This document shows positions 43,819-54,013 of a DNA stretch of 64,000 nucleotides, piece by piece. Source of the DNA: a virus. The stretch covers positions 1 through 64,000 of IMG/VR virus record IMGVR_UViG_3300026078_000022; one strand, given 5' to 3'. Every line of letters starts with the position of its first letter. The first letter of the stretch is position 1. The notes below the pieces were generated by a model. That model did not search any database, was not told the origin of the DNA, and worked only from the letters and a program-made list of their open reading frames with translations. The position numbers and the translations under genes are program-made.

Positions 43819-44960
43819 TATGAAAACCAGTCATTTTTGTGGTGATGTTGATAATAAGAGGGCATTTTAACCGGGGGTGTTGTTATCATTTTAAGTTCTG
43901 CAATCCGGTATTTATTTAGATCACCTAATAATCCCCATTTCTGCGCTGCATATTTTCGCTCATACACCATTGCTAATTGTTGTTTGTCGTCTTTATGCGA
44001 ACTCGCAAACCATTGCAACCCGGACATAAAGCATTCTTTAGCCATGTACGGGATCATTAGATTTTTCAACTGAATATCAGCAAAATATCTAACCATAACA
44101 TGATCGAATGGGAAATCATGTGGTAATACTAATCGGTTGCCAAGTTCATTTAAGTTATAAATATTACGGAAATCTATTCTACCATGCAAATGACTACCGC
44201 ACTGAATACCAAACCAATCTATTTTTGATGAACAAAAGTACCTCCATGTATCTACATTGCGATTGCCACAAAATGATTGTGCGTTACCACCAAACGGGAT
44301 GCCATCTGTTTTAATTCCACAGGCATGACATAAGGCATCTACATTGGCATCCGTATCACAACAACAACCATTATTATCTACATCTACCTTACACAGTTTT
44401 GTATTTTCTGTTTTTAATATCGTGTTTGTCCATATTCCATTTGTGTAAACTCGTTCAGGGAATTGTGTTTCCTGATAAAAAAAACCCTGTGGATCAATAT
44501 ACTTACGATCTACACAAGTAAATGAAATATCATTACCATTAGGTAATTTATCTGTTTTTACTGAAGTGATAGCCTCATATCCTTTTATAGTATTACAAAG
44601 TTTATAACCACACTTAAATTCGCAGGCGCAATCTTTGGCAGTTGAAATATCTACTATATCATCCGTAATTCTTTCGTTCCTCCATACCGGCAGAAATGCT
44701 CCTGTTCCATCAATTACATTTACGGAACATAATCTAAGTGCATCACATGGTAATTCAATTGAATTGGTTCTTTTATTAACTTTAAATTTTGATCGTACTG
44801 GAATTTTTACCCGATCGAATATCTTTAATGAATCTTCGTTTAAATCGTTATAAACGTCTTTACTACAGTTCAGATATAAACCCTTATTACGCTGTAACGT
44901 GTCTCCGCTTCTTAAACAAAGATCCTTCACAACCGAAGTTATATGTTCAAATTTTGGCAT
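43818..44960 (-). CDS. tail ring / tubular-type structural protein (Cys-rich insert)
   Basis: 380 aa, IELPCDALRL; position between ring genes and muzzle. Confidence 0.5.
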   Translation of the reverse strand: MPKFEHITSVVKDLCLRSGDTLQRNKGLYLNCSKDVYNDLNEDSLKIFDRVKIPVRSKFKVNKRTNSIELPCDALRLCSVNVIDGTGAFLPVWRNERITDDIVDISTAKDCACEFKCGYKLCNTIKGYEAITSVKTDKLPNGNDISFTCVDRKYIDPQGFFYQETQFPERVYTNGIWTNTILKTENTKLCKVDVDNNGCCCDTDANVDALCHACGIKTDGIPFGGNAQSFCGNRNVDTWRYFCSSKIDWFGIQCGSHLHGRIDFRNIYNLNELGNRLVLPHDFPFDHVMVRYFADIQLKNLMIPYMAKECFMSGLQWFASSHKDDKQQLAMVYERKYAAQKWGLLGDLNKYRIAELKMITTPPVKMPSYYQHHHKNDWFS

Positions 44961-45629
44961 TTATATCTGGCTTTGCTGTTCTTGTAATCTACGTTTCAAT
45001 TCCAATACATTCTTATCGTAACTGTTATCTACCACTTTTACGGGGAATGGCTTAACTTTCAATGATACTCCTAACACCGTATTAGCTACGTCCATTGCCT
45101 GATCTAAGCTAACATCAATATCCGGTGAATCATAAGTGGTTTCTATATCCAGAGCTGTTATGCATGGCGGCAAATGATATGCATTAATTCCTTTTCCTTT
45201 TACCACATAGAATTTAAAAAAATCATAATCGCCGCTCAAATAAAAGTTTTCTTCTCCGGGACTTACTTGTGATAACTCAATACTATCATCACCTCCTGCG
45301 CACCCATCTGCAACGGGATAAATGTTTGTGAAATGCATGTTTTTAGGAAGCCTGTATAAATCTACATCTCCCATATCAGCCCGCCTCATGCCTCTTTTAT
45401 CGGTATCTGTTAATGCAAATCTTTTAATTGAAAGTATTTGAGAATAAAAATAATACTCCTCCCCATCCAATGACTTCTTACTTCTGAAGTATTGTTCACG
45501 CATCATTGCAGATAAGGCGGCTTTTGCATACTGCATCATATCTGCTTCAGTCAACGTCTGATTAGTTGCCTTTGCAGAACCGACTTGGTAGAAGCGCCAA
45601 ATCACCTCAGAAACGGTCTTTAACGTCAT
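44961..45629 (-). CDS. tail ring / head-tail connector protein
   Basis: 222 aa; position in structural operon. Confidence 0.45.
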   Translation of the reverse strand: MTLKTVSEVIWRFYQVGSAKATNQTLTEADMMQYAKAALSAMMREQYFRSKKSLDGEEYYFYSQILSIKRFALTDTDKRGMRRADMGDVDLYRLPKNMHFTNIYPVADGCAGGDDSIELSQVSPGEENFYLSGDYDFFKFYVVKGKGINAYHLPPCITALDIETTYDSPDIDVSLDQAMDVANTVLGVSLKVKPFPVKVVDNSYDKNVLELKRRLQEQQSQI

Positions 45630-46274
45630 TTATGACATATTGTTTTTATTGTAATAATATTCGCATGTTTGTGCGAACGATTTTCTTCTTAAATGATCCG
45701 TTATAGCTGTAGCATTCACATTAAACAACCTTGCCCAATCTTGTAATATCATTTTTTTACCATTGTATTCTAACCATTTATTATTTCTTCTATTACCTTG
45801 TTGTTGTTGTTCTGTTGCCCATCTAACATTATTTGGTTCGTAATCTCCATTTACATTAGGGTACCGATCTAAGCTATGTTTTGCAGTTGGTCTATCGCCT
45901 ACATCTTTATAAAAATTTTCAAAAGATTCAAGCCAACGATCACATACCTTTATACCTCTACCTCCATAATTATTATATGCAGGATTATTTTCATTATAGC
46001 AACGACTTTTAATTGCTAACCAACAAGTATATTCAGGAGTTGTTTCTTTACCACTATTCCCATGAATCGTATTTACCTTAGCTGCTATTTCTTTATGTAA
46101 ACAACCACAACTTTTAGTCAACCCTCTTTTCAAAAAATTACCATATACAATAGTTTCATTACCGCATTCGCACATACAGAGCCATCTTGTACCTTGATTT
46201 TTCGCATGTGGGCTTTCTGATATAACTAGTAATCGGCCATACTTTTTACCTAATAAATCTGATTTTTTACTCAT
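45630..46274 (-). CDS. HNH homing endonuclease (free-standing)
   Basis: CMCECG, TKSCGC, YGGRGIKVCDRW, SLDRYPNVNGDYEPNNVRWAT. Confidence 0.85.
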   Translation of the reverse strand: MSKKSDLLGKKYGRLLVISESPHAKNQGTRWLCMCECGNETIVYGNFLKRGLTKSCGCLHKEIAAKVNTIHGNSGKETTPEYTCWLAIKSRCYNENNPAYNNYGGRGIKVCDRWLESFENFYKDVGDRPTAKHSLDRYPNVNGDYEPNNVRWATEQQQQGNRRNNKWLEYNGKKMILQDWARLFNVNATAITDHLRRKSFAQTCEYYYNKNNMS

Positions 46275-46277
46275 GAA

Positions 46278-46643
46278 TTATAATTTCTTATACATAAAAT
46301 AATTCAAATACACAAGTATAAACATATCAAATATAAAAACCAATATCTCTATTGGATAGAAACCAAATATGCACAATACAATAGGCCAGTAAGTTAATGC
46401 CCCTATAACAGAACTTTCGCATTTTACACATCCCCACAATGGCCGCGTCCATTCTTTACCTTTATGCTTCTCAAAGAATGAAGGAGATATACTATAAAAT
46501 ATATTTCCCGAACATTTTTTGCCAGTATTAATATCATCCACACAACCGCCTTCAAAACAGGTATGCCAACCGTTTATCGCCATGCTTTGAAGCACCACAA
46601 ATATTAAAAATGAAATTATGTATAATATTAATTGCTCAATCAT
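46278..46643 (-). CDS. membrane protein with CxxC
   Basis: Hydrophobic helices around RPLWGCVKCESS; ATGA-coupled start. Confidence 0.6.
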   Translation of the reverse strand: MIEQLILYIISFLIFVVLQSMAINGWHTCFEGGCVDDINTGKKCSGNIFYSISPSFFEKHKGKEWTRPLWGCVKCESSVIGALTYWPIVLCIFGFYPIEILVFIFDMFILVYLNYFMYKKL

Positions 46644-47374
46644 AGAATACTTTTTTGTGAAAGCACAATACTCCATTCCTGCAATTCCCTATCCTTAGCA
46701 TATGCCGAATACAAAGACATTAATCCATTAAATAACGGAGTATAACTAGCGTTAGTCCATTCAGATTCTGTTGAACCGTCCGGATTAAATAAAAATGTAT
46801 CATCAGGTTGAGTAAAATAGTTGTAAACTACAGGCGTTTCTTGTTTACAATATAATACATAAACAGTGCTTATATCATAAGGACATACTTGCAATTGTTT
46901 ATTACCAATAAATCTACAAATAGGATTTATTAAGGTAGGATAATTGTAAGTACTTGTTGTTTTATAATCAAATTCGGATTGTGGTGTAATAATTACGGGC
47001 CTCGTTTGGCACCCGCGTTTTAAATTTTGAGTTTTAAATTCTGCTTCTGTATCAATTATGATAGGTGAACTACAATCAGATCCATCTGGCTTTAATGAAA
47101 TAAAAGGATTACCTAATAAATTCCTGAAATCATCAGGAAGTTGTACAATCCCATTTTTTACAGGGATTTTAACAAATCTCATAAAAGGCTCTATCATTTC
47201 CTGAATGTCTTCCCTCGATGGATAATATTTGCACAACTCAGATAAGAGTAAACTTGTTACTGCATTATATTGATCGCTATAAATTTTAGGACTATAGAAA
47301 AAGTTCTGATCTTCCGATGCAACCGAAAGAATAGACTTCAACATTGGGTCAAGTTTCACCTTATCATTTGCCAT
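46640..47374 (-). CDS. tail ring / tubular protein (P22 gp4 / crAss ring-like)
   Basis: 244 aa, QLPDDF, YPTLINP, VLYCKQETPVVYNY. Confidence 0.5.
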   Translation of the reverse strand: MANDKVKLDPMLKSILSVASEDQNFFYSPKIYSDQYNAVTSLLLSELCKYYPSREDIQEMIEPFMRFVKIPVKNGIVQLPDDFRNLLGNPFISLKPDGSDCSSPIIIDTEAEFKTQNLKRGCQTRPVIITPQSEFDYKTTSTYNYPTLINPICRFIGNKQLQVCPYDISTVYVLYCKQETPVVYNYFTQPDDTFLFNPDGSTESEWTNASYTPLFNGLMSLYSAYAKDRELQEWSIVLSQKSIL

Positions 47375-47377
47375 ATA

Positions 47378-49744
47378 TTAAACTGTAGATACACATATAA
47401 ATTTAAGTGCTAAATCCTGAACTCCGGTATTATTAGTAGTACTTATTGCAAAGAAAAATTGTGTTGCATCAAAGGCTCCTACTTCTAAAGTACAATCAAA
47501 GTTTGCATTAAATTCAGCCCATGTACTATTTCCGTTATTACCTAATATTGCTATCGGTAAATAATTATCGTCTACTAATGCACTAGGAAAAGTATACACG
47601 TAGGCTGATAATCCATTTGTACTACTAGCTAATAATGTACAATGCGGATCTGTAGGTGGTGTATTCATATCCCCTATTTCAATGTACCCTGTCTTTAATA
47701 TCTTATTAAGATTAGGCACGAATACATTTTGTATAGGAAACGAACCCGTTACTACGGCAATATTACCGACCCCGGTATTAGTGAGATTATATTGGGTAGA
47801 AGGGCAAGTAACTGCACAAAAAGCATCTTTAACCGAACTATCGGAACTTATAGAGTTAATTACACCTAATGCTATTTGTTTGTTGCTAAATCCTACACAA
47901 TTAGTCCCATCATTACCATATGCCCTTGCATTACCGGTAAAGTTAGAAGAGGGGCTATCCTGAAATATAGCTTTCAATTTGTCACAGGTAACGGTAGTTA
48001 CAGTACTTATTCTGGCTGCTAGATTACAAATTGACGTAGCAACCCCTGAATTAAAATCACTTTGTTTTTGATCTATCCCATAATTATTTGTTACAATATT
48101 CCCATTATAATCGAATGAACAAAGTGACAGGGCATTACCTAATGCCACTTGTAGTGCAGTTATATTACATAGATAATCAATTATAGCCTGCAATACTTCT
48201 ACTAATGTTTTATTTGTTGACTGAAATTGGATGGTCAACGTTGGTGTACCTACTGTCATTGTAGATACATGATTAGTATTGTTAGTTGTACTAACACTTA
48301 ATGTACCAGAATTGTATGATACCGACCATGCACCTAGTGATAAGCTATTTAACCATGTTTGTATTCCAGATGGATCGTTGGCGAATAGAGGGGGTGCGGA
48401 ATATATTGTTCCGTTTATTACTATATTGGTAATAGTCGTTGATCCTGTCAATCCCGCCTGAGTGAAAAAATAATGTGCAGCAGTTAGATCAATTACACAT
48501 TGACCCAACAATCCGGTTATGAGTGAACCAGATGATACAATAAGTTGGTTAAATTGATTTAATAATGTTGGATCATTTTCAATGGCAGTTAAAATATAAC
48601 CAGCCATTATGGTATAATTGAAAGTAATTTTATACTTAACCGTATTTGTTACTGAAGTATCTATGGCTATTGAAAACGCTAAATCCCCTGTATCTCCTTT
48701 TACAACCTGATATGTTTTTGATGTAATGGTATACGTCTTTGTGCTACCGGTCGTTACGGCTGAAGTTGTTACATCTCCACCCCCGACAATAACTATATCA
48801 TAAACACTAGGATTAATTGGTGTAATCTCATTTTGACCTATGGATGTAACACCACAATTACAGGTAAGCGCCTTTTTGATAAACTCAGATTCTATGGATG
48901 AATCCTGACCATTTATCTCTTTTAACAATCCAGTTAATAAATATGGGGATATTTCAGCTAACTGATGTTTTGCATGTTGTCCAATTGCATTATCACAATT
49001 CTTTCTGGCCGTATCCTGAACTTGTGCAATGCAACATATCAAATCTGACATTTTATCGGCACATACTACATCAAAAGTACTATTGGTGAGATACGTAACA
49101 TCCAAAAATACAGCATCCCCTAAATCATAGGCTGCTACCGTACTACAATTAATACGATATTGTCCGGTATAAACTACATTATTACTAAAAGGTGTGCCGG
49201 TAAATGTTACAGCACTTATTGTTCCTGTTGGATAATAAAGTGTTCCTGATTTTGTTACCGATGAAGGCTGTGAATTATTATACGTAAGTAGTGTTAATTC
49301 CTTAACAGTTAAGTTATTATTTACGCAATCTACCGACAATTGAAACATTCCGGGAACATACCCGCTATCCTGAAAGTTTACAGGCTGACAAATTGTTTTA
49401 TATAAAGGTACTGTTTGATAAATTGATCCATTTTGATCTTTAATTGCCGATATGATCTGGTAGGTTTGAAATAAGAATGCGAAATTAACAGAACTTAAAT
49501 CAAGAGTAAATATCTGTGTAACTGATGGGACAATATAGTTTGAAGGCGTCGAAAAGTCAATCGGGGTCAAAATAACTCCGTCCCCATCCACTAAAGAAAA
49601 TGATATCCCTTGAACAGCAGTAATACCACTTCCCTGATAGGTTGTAGCTGATGTATCAAAAATTACTGCGCGATTAAAAATATCAAAGGTTACTTTAACG
49701 TTTAAAGTTCCAATGTTCCCCTGATTTATTATAAGTTGAGGCAT
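47378..49744 (-). CDS. virion structural protein (Cys/Thr-rich, fibre-like)
   Basis: 788 aa; LQAIIDYLC repeats-type segment; position after head genes. Confidence 0.55.
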   Translation of the reverse strand: MPQLIINQGNIGTLNVKVTFDIFNRAVIFDTSATTYQGSGITAVQGISFSLVDGDGVILTPIDFSTPSNYIVPSVTQIFTLDLSSVNFAFLFQTYQIISAIKDQNGSIYQTVPLYKTICQPVNFQDSGYVPGMFQLSVDCVNNNLTVKELTLLTYNNSQPSSVTKSGTLYYPTGTISAVTFTGTPFSNNVVYTGQYRINCSTVAAYDLGDAVFLDVTYLTNSTFDVVCADKMSDLICCIAQVQDTARKNCDNAIGQHAKHQLAEISPYLLTGLLKEINGQDSSIESEFIKKALTCNCGVTSIGQNEITPINPSVYDIVIVGGGDVTTSAVTTGSTKTYTITSKTYQVVKGDTGDLAFSIAIDTSVTNTVKYKITFNYTIMAGYILTAIENDPTLLNQFNQLIVSSGSLITGLLGQCVIDLTAAHYFFTQAGLTGSTTITNIVINGTIYSAPPLFANDPSGIQTWLNSLSLGAWSVSYNSGTLSVSTTNNTNHVSTMTVGTPTLTIQFQSTNKTLVEVLQAIIDYLCNITALQVALGNALSLCSFDYNGNIVTNNYGIDQKQSDFNSGVATSICNLAARISTVTTVTCDKLKAIFQDSPSSNFTGNARAYGNDGTNCVGFSNKQIALGVINSISSDSSVKDAFCAVTCPSTQYNLTNTGVGNIAVVTGSFPIQNVFVPNLNKILKTGYIEIGDMNTPPTDPHCTLLASSTNGLSAYVYTFPSALVDDNYLPIAILGNNGNSTWAEFNANFDCTLEVGAFDATQFFFAISTTNNTGVQDLALKFICVSTV

Positions 49745-49844
49745 TATCTTCTGATTTAATTCTTTAAATCACTAACGTATTTGAAGGGATGATAAATTAT
49801 ATGTGAAAATACCATTTTTTTAGGTTTTTACATTATTTTTGATT

Positions 49845-49936
49845 ATAAATATACCGACCGCAAGCGGTTTATAATAAACTATTTATGGCCTGAATTTTTT
49901 AGGACGTCTTGCGGCGTTTTAAGAAAGGAAGGCCAA
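49845..49936 (+). promoter_or_regulatory. kissing-hairpin 5' leader of the GIY-YIG gene
   Basis: CCGCAAG in loop of ACCG/CGGT hairpin; CTTGCGG at apex of a long hairpin closed by TGGCCT/AGGCCA just before ATG. Confidence 0.55.
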
Positions 49937-49945
49937 TCTTATTTT

Positions 49946-50887
49946 ATGGCAATTTGTGGTGTTTATCTAATAATTAGTCCTATTGGAAGACGATACATTG
50001 GAAGTAGTATTGATATTGAGGCTAGATGGAAAAGATACAGGATAATGAATTGCAAAAGTCAAATTTTACTTTACAGATCGTTCAAAAAATATACACCAGA
50101 TAAACATAAATTTACAGTGTTATTAGAATGTCTTCCTGAAGAAAGGCTTATTTGGGAGCGCATTTTTGGTGATTTATACCGATCCCTTAATGATTTTGGA
50201 GGGTTAAATAATAGCCTTCCTAAAACAAACGATAAACCACAAATTTTTTCAAAGGCATTTAGGAATAAGGTAAGTAGTACGTTAAAAAAGATGTATAAAA
50301 ATAATCCAGACTTATTGAAACAAATGAGCGATAAGAAAAAAAAGTTTCTCAAAGACAATCCGGATTTTATTAAAAAAATAACAGAAAAGGGGAATATCAC
50401 AAGACAAACTCCTGAATACAGGAAAAATAGGAGTGACATAGCAAAAAAATACGCTAATACACCAGAAAGAAGAAAATTTCAAAGCGAATTCATGAAAAAT
50501 AGATTTAATAATCCAGAAGAAAGAAAAGCACAAAGTGAAAGAACCAAAAAATATGTAAGTAACCCAGAAGTTAGAAAGAGATTAAGTGAACAATCAAAAA
50601 AACAATTTGAAAACATTGAAGTAAGGAAACAATTTTCTGATCGAACTAAAAAATATTTTATAGAAAATCCAGATGCAGCTAAAAGACATGGAGAATTAAT
50701 GAAAAAAAGATTCAAAGAAAATCCAGACAAAGTAAACTGTGCTAAAAAAGTTATCAATACAGAAACTAGTGAAATATTTTATTCTATAAAAAAAGCTGCT
50801 GCTAGCATTGGGATAAGCAAATCTTCTTTAAGTATGAAATTAAACGGTATTACTAAAATAAATGATACTCCCTTTAAGTTTTTATAA
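49946..50887 (+). CDS. GIY-YIG homing endonuclease with NUMOD-like repeats
   Basis: GVY..YIGSS..RW; basic NPE(E/V)RK repeats; C-terminal NUMOD1-type IFYSIKKAA. Confidence 0.85.
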   Translation: MAICGVYLIISPIGRRYIGSSIDIEARWKRYRIMNCKSQILLYRSFKKYTPDKHKFTVLLECLPEERLIWERIFGDLYRSLNDFGGLNNSLPKTNDKPQIFSKAFRNKVSSTLKKMYKNNPDLLKQMSDKKKKFLKDNPDFIKKITEKGNITRQTPEYRKNRSDIAKKYANTPERRKFQSEFMKNRFNNPEERKAQSERTKKYVSNPEVRKRLSEQSKKQFENIEVRKQFSDRTKKYFIENPDAAKRHGELMKKRFKENPDKVNCAKKVINTETSEIFYSIKKAAASIGISKSSLSMKLNGITKINDTPFKFL

Positions 50888-50925
50888 AAAAAAGAGACTT
50901 GTTATATCTGGCAAGCCTCTTTTTT
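50886..50925. terminator. bidirectional terminator
   Basis: A-run AGAGACTTG..CAAGCCTCT T-run between convergent genes. Confidence 0.65.
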
Positions 50926-50947
50926 ATGAAATATATGTACTAACCCA

Positions 50948-51529
50948 TTAGCTGCTGCAACTACCGCTCAAAATGACATCCCCACCTACCGGTGTTAAAG
51001 TGGTATAGAACGATTGAACGGTATAGTGCGATAACCCTGTAATATGGGATTTAAGAATCGCTCCACCAACAATATTAGTCAAATAATCCAATGCAATATT
51101 ACCATGCGCTGTTGTTGTGCCATCATCCAGACGTAAAATACAGAAGCTATTTAACGTAAGCGGATTGAATGATGGGATACCTGTTGTATAGAATCGTGTT
51201 ACGACTGTCGGAACAGAATCGCAGCAGGCATTACAAGCATCTACTAGGCCAGAAGCAGATGCAATATCAATCATAGCATCCTTTCCGTCCTGTTCGATCC
51301 ACCAACCTTGAAGAGTATTTGCATCAAGAACTTGCGGCGAAGTAGGATAGAATGTCGGTGTGTAGATAATGGTAGTTCCGTCACCCGGTGCTAATTCACG
51401 AAGTAACCAAACCCTGCGAGGGCTGAAGGCATTCAACCGATCACAATTGATCGTTATGGTTTGGTTTTCATCACCTACATACCGGTGGGCTGTACCGTCA
51501 TAAATGACATATGCGTTTACTGTTGACAT
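50948..51529 (-). CDS. probable capsid accessory / structural protein
   Basis: 193 aa, ACNACC; last gene of capsid operon. Confidence 0.5.
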   Translation of the reverse strand: MSTVNAYVIYDGTAHRYVGDENQTITINCDRLNAFSPRRVWLLRELAPGDGTTIIYTPTFYPTSPQVLDANTLQGWWIEQDGKDAMIDIASASGLVDACNACCDSVPTVVTRFYTTGIPSFNPLTLNSFCILRLDDGTTTAHGNIALDYLTNIVGGAILKSHITGLSHYTVQSFYTTLTPVGGDVILSGSCSS

Positions 51530-51537
51530 TTAATAAG

Positions 51538-52509
51538 TTATTTTAATTTTTCGGCGATTTTTTCTATCTTTTGTATACCTTCAAATACTTCAGGTTCAAG
51601 GAAGTTTTCATACGCCCAGTTAATCATATCGCGTCCTTTTGCTGGAATATTTTCTAAGATGGGTTCTTTTTTGTTTTGACCTACTGCAATGAACCCATCT
51701 TTAGTTAAATCAATTGCATGATAGGATTCTAACTTTGAAAATACATCTGACACTTTCCGTTTGTAATCATGGACGCGAGAGGCAAACACATGAGGTTTTT
51801 GGTCAGCAAATAATTTCAGTGTGGTGAAAATTTCCTGAACATCATCCTTATTTACTTCTTTAGTTTCTATACCTTTTACAATATCGAATAGATTACGTAT
51901 TGATTCCGGTTTTGAAGATGCTTTATTTACCAAAACAATGTTATCAAATTTACTGTCAATTTCTTTTGTTTCTTCCCGGTCTACTTCTTCCTGATGTATC
52001 TCTTTGAACATCCATCCTTCTGCTTCAGGGTTGTGATAGATAGAATGTTCGTTATGATGATGAACTTTTAGCATTTGTACTAATGAGCCTTGACTTTGTT
52101 CATCAAATTCATTAGGCCCATGTGACAAAGTAATCAAAGCGGCATAAGCGCTGTCTTCCGGAATATCTACTTTTAAACGTAGATCCTGATAATCCCTGTC
52201 AATCGTTTGGTATCCGGGAACATATCTGCATCTGATGGGAGTGGCAATATTTTTATGCGTCCCCCATTTAACAAATTCTATTTCTCCGGAATAATTTTCA
52301 TCTTCTACATTCACAATTCTATCGGGTCTTTTACTTTTTATCAGTCGTATACCCCATGCCTCAGTACCATTAGGAATACCATACGCACCTACTTGTATAG
52401 ATACTTCTTTAGGTTCTCCTTTTATGATGTCATTCCGACCGCTTACCAAATATCCTGATAAAGCGTTTGTTTCTCTTTTACGACCACAAAAAATATGATA
52501 TTTACCCAT
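51538..52509 (-). CDS. conserved protein downstream of MCP (crAss gene-75-like position)
   Basis: 323 aa; synteny only. Confidence 0.5.
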   Translation of the reverse strand: MGKYHIFCGRKRETNALSGYLVSGRNDIIKGEPKEVSIQVGAYGIPNGTEAWGIRLIKSKRPDRIVNVEDENYSGEIEFVKWGTHKNIATPIRCRYVPGYQTIDRDYQDLRLKVDIPEDSAYAALITLSHGPNEFDEQSQGSLVQMLKVHHHNEHSIYHNPEAEGWMFKEIHQEEVDREETKEIDSKFDNIVLVNKASSKPESIRNLFDIVKGIETKEVNKDDVQEIFTTLKLFADQKPHVFASRVHDYKRKVSDVFSKLESYHAIDLTKDGFIAVGQNKKEPILENIPAKGRDMINWAYENFLEPEVFEGIQKIEKIAEKLK

Positions 52510-52527
52510 AAATCTTTTTAGAAATTA

Positions 52528-53991
52528 TTAATTAGTTTGAGCATTTGAGGAACCTCTCCACACCATACCTAAACGGGTTGGTGCATGTATTTCGATACCG
52601 AACGTATCTTTAATACCGATACGCAGGTTCCTTTCCAAGCGCTCTCTGGCATCATCTACCCACACTCTCATGTCGCGTCCGGGTTCTGCGCCTTCGATAT
52701 TCACAAAGTTTACGATTGGTACGCGATTACCCATTGTATCTGTAAAGGCTTTCAAAGGCATGAGCATTGCGAAATTGCTCAGGATATGCCCATAACGATA
52801 GCTATCAAACATATCTACCTGATAAGCCCGGAAGTTGTAGTTACTCCACATGAAATCCTTGAATTGGAAGTATGTAAAGTCTCTTGCACCTTCACCACCT
52901 TCACCAAATAATTTGTAACGGTAGTTTTGATTATAGTTGCGAACTAAAGATGCCATTGCTTCGCCCCAATCAATTCCAAAGTTGAAATCATGGCATAGCA
53001 TATAATCATTCGACCCATTGATTTTGCGAAGATTTTTAATCATTGCGAAAAGAAGGCTCTTGAATGATCCGCTCATGAATGTATCATAAGCGAAATTGAA
53101 CATGCCGTATTTCTCAATGGTTGGAATTACCCCGTTGAAACCTTCATTAGCTGTGATGTCTCTTTGATCGAACAGAGTTTTCATGTTTCTGTTAGCGATC
53201 AATTTGGCTTCAGCTTTCTGGCTCATGGATGGGATATACCAGTAATCAATTGCCTTTCCGAATGGATCAAGACCTTTGATGATAAAGAAAGTTTTGTCGT
53301 AAACGAAATTATCAATTTCACTTTCATCTACGGCCAAACCATCTTCATATTTTTGAACCCATGATTTGTAAAGAATTGGAGGATTACCTACTTCACCGTG
53401 TGTCGCGATAGGATTGGTGTTATTGATATTGTAAGGTACCATTGGTGCCATTACAAGAACGTAGGTATTCCGTTGTGTCAGGTTGATTACTTCTCCGTTG
53501 ATTGGAGCAATTGTAATGCTAATATTACCGGCTGAATTTTCAGTGACATTGGTGATGTTTACCTTCTGCCGGTTATGTTTGAAGTAAGCCTGAAAACCTG
53601 CAATTGGCTTACTATAAAGGCCATTTAAACTTTGGGAGAATCTGTTTACTGTGGTGGTAACAGCACCGCCGCCAATTGGTAAGGGGCCAGTAAGACCGTT
53701 AATGGAAAATGCCTGTGTTTCGAAAATGTCATATTCGGCCCAATAAAATGTATTAGCCTTTACCATTTTCTTGTCGGCTCCTAAGAGGCTTTGCACTTGG
53801 CTCCATAACCCCCAAAAACCCGAATCCTGATAAGGTAATACAATAGCGGCCTGACCACTAATGTTTCCCCTGATTTCTGGTTTATAAACCATTTGGGCAA
53901 GAGGGTCATACATTTGGGTAGCTGTCTGACCTTTGATGGCTGCATTTATCGCCATCGTACCACCTTCAGAAAAAAATTGATTAGCGTCCAA
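52528..53991 (-). CDS. major capsid protein
   Basis: 487 aa after acidic scaffold gene; FYWAE, EGFNGVI and GIEIHAPTR motifs; apparent high-expression codon bias. Confidence 0.75.
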   Translation of the reverse strand: MDANQFFSEGGTMAINAAIKGQTATQMYDPLAQMVYKPEIRGNISGQAAIVLPYQDSGFWGLWSQVQSLLGADKKMVKANTFYWAEYDIFETQAFSINGLTGPLPIGGGAVTTTVNRFSQSLNGLYSKPIAGFQAYFKHNRQKVNITNVTENSAGNISITIAPINGEVINLTQRNTYVLVMAPMVPYNINNTNPIATHGEVGNPPILYKSWVQKYEDGLAVDESEIDNFVYDKTFFIIKGLDPFGKAIDYWYIPSMSQKAEAKLIANRNMKTLFDQRDITANEGFNGVIPTIEKYGMFNFAYDTFMSGSFKSLLFAMIKNLRKINGSNDYMLCHDFNFGIDWGEAMASLVRNYNQNYRYKLFGEGGEGARDFTYFQFKDFMWSNYNFRAYQVDMFDSYRYGHILSNFAMLMPLKAFTDTMGNRVPIVNFVNIEGAEPGRDMRVWVDDARERLERNLRIGIKDTFGIEIHAPTRLGMVWRGSSNAQTN

Positions 53992-54013
53992 AGTTTGAAA
54001 TTTTTAATATTTT

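Noticed and set aside
45630-46274. Group I intron around the HNH endonuclease
   Set aside because: The ORF sits flush between two complete genes (gaps of 0 and 3 bp), leaving no room for intron core elements
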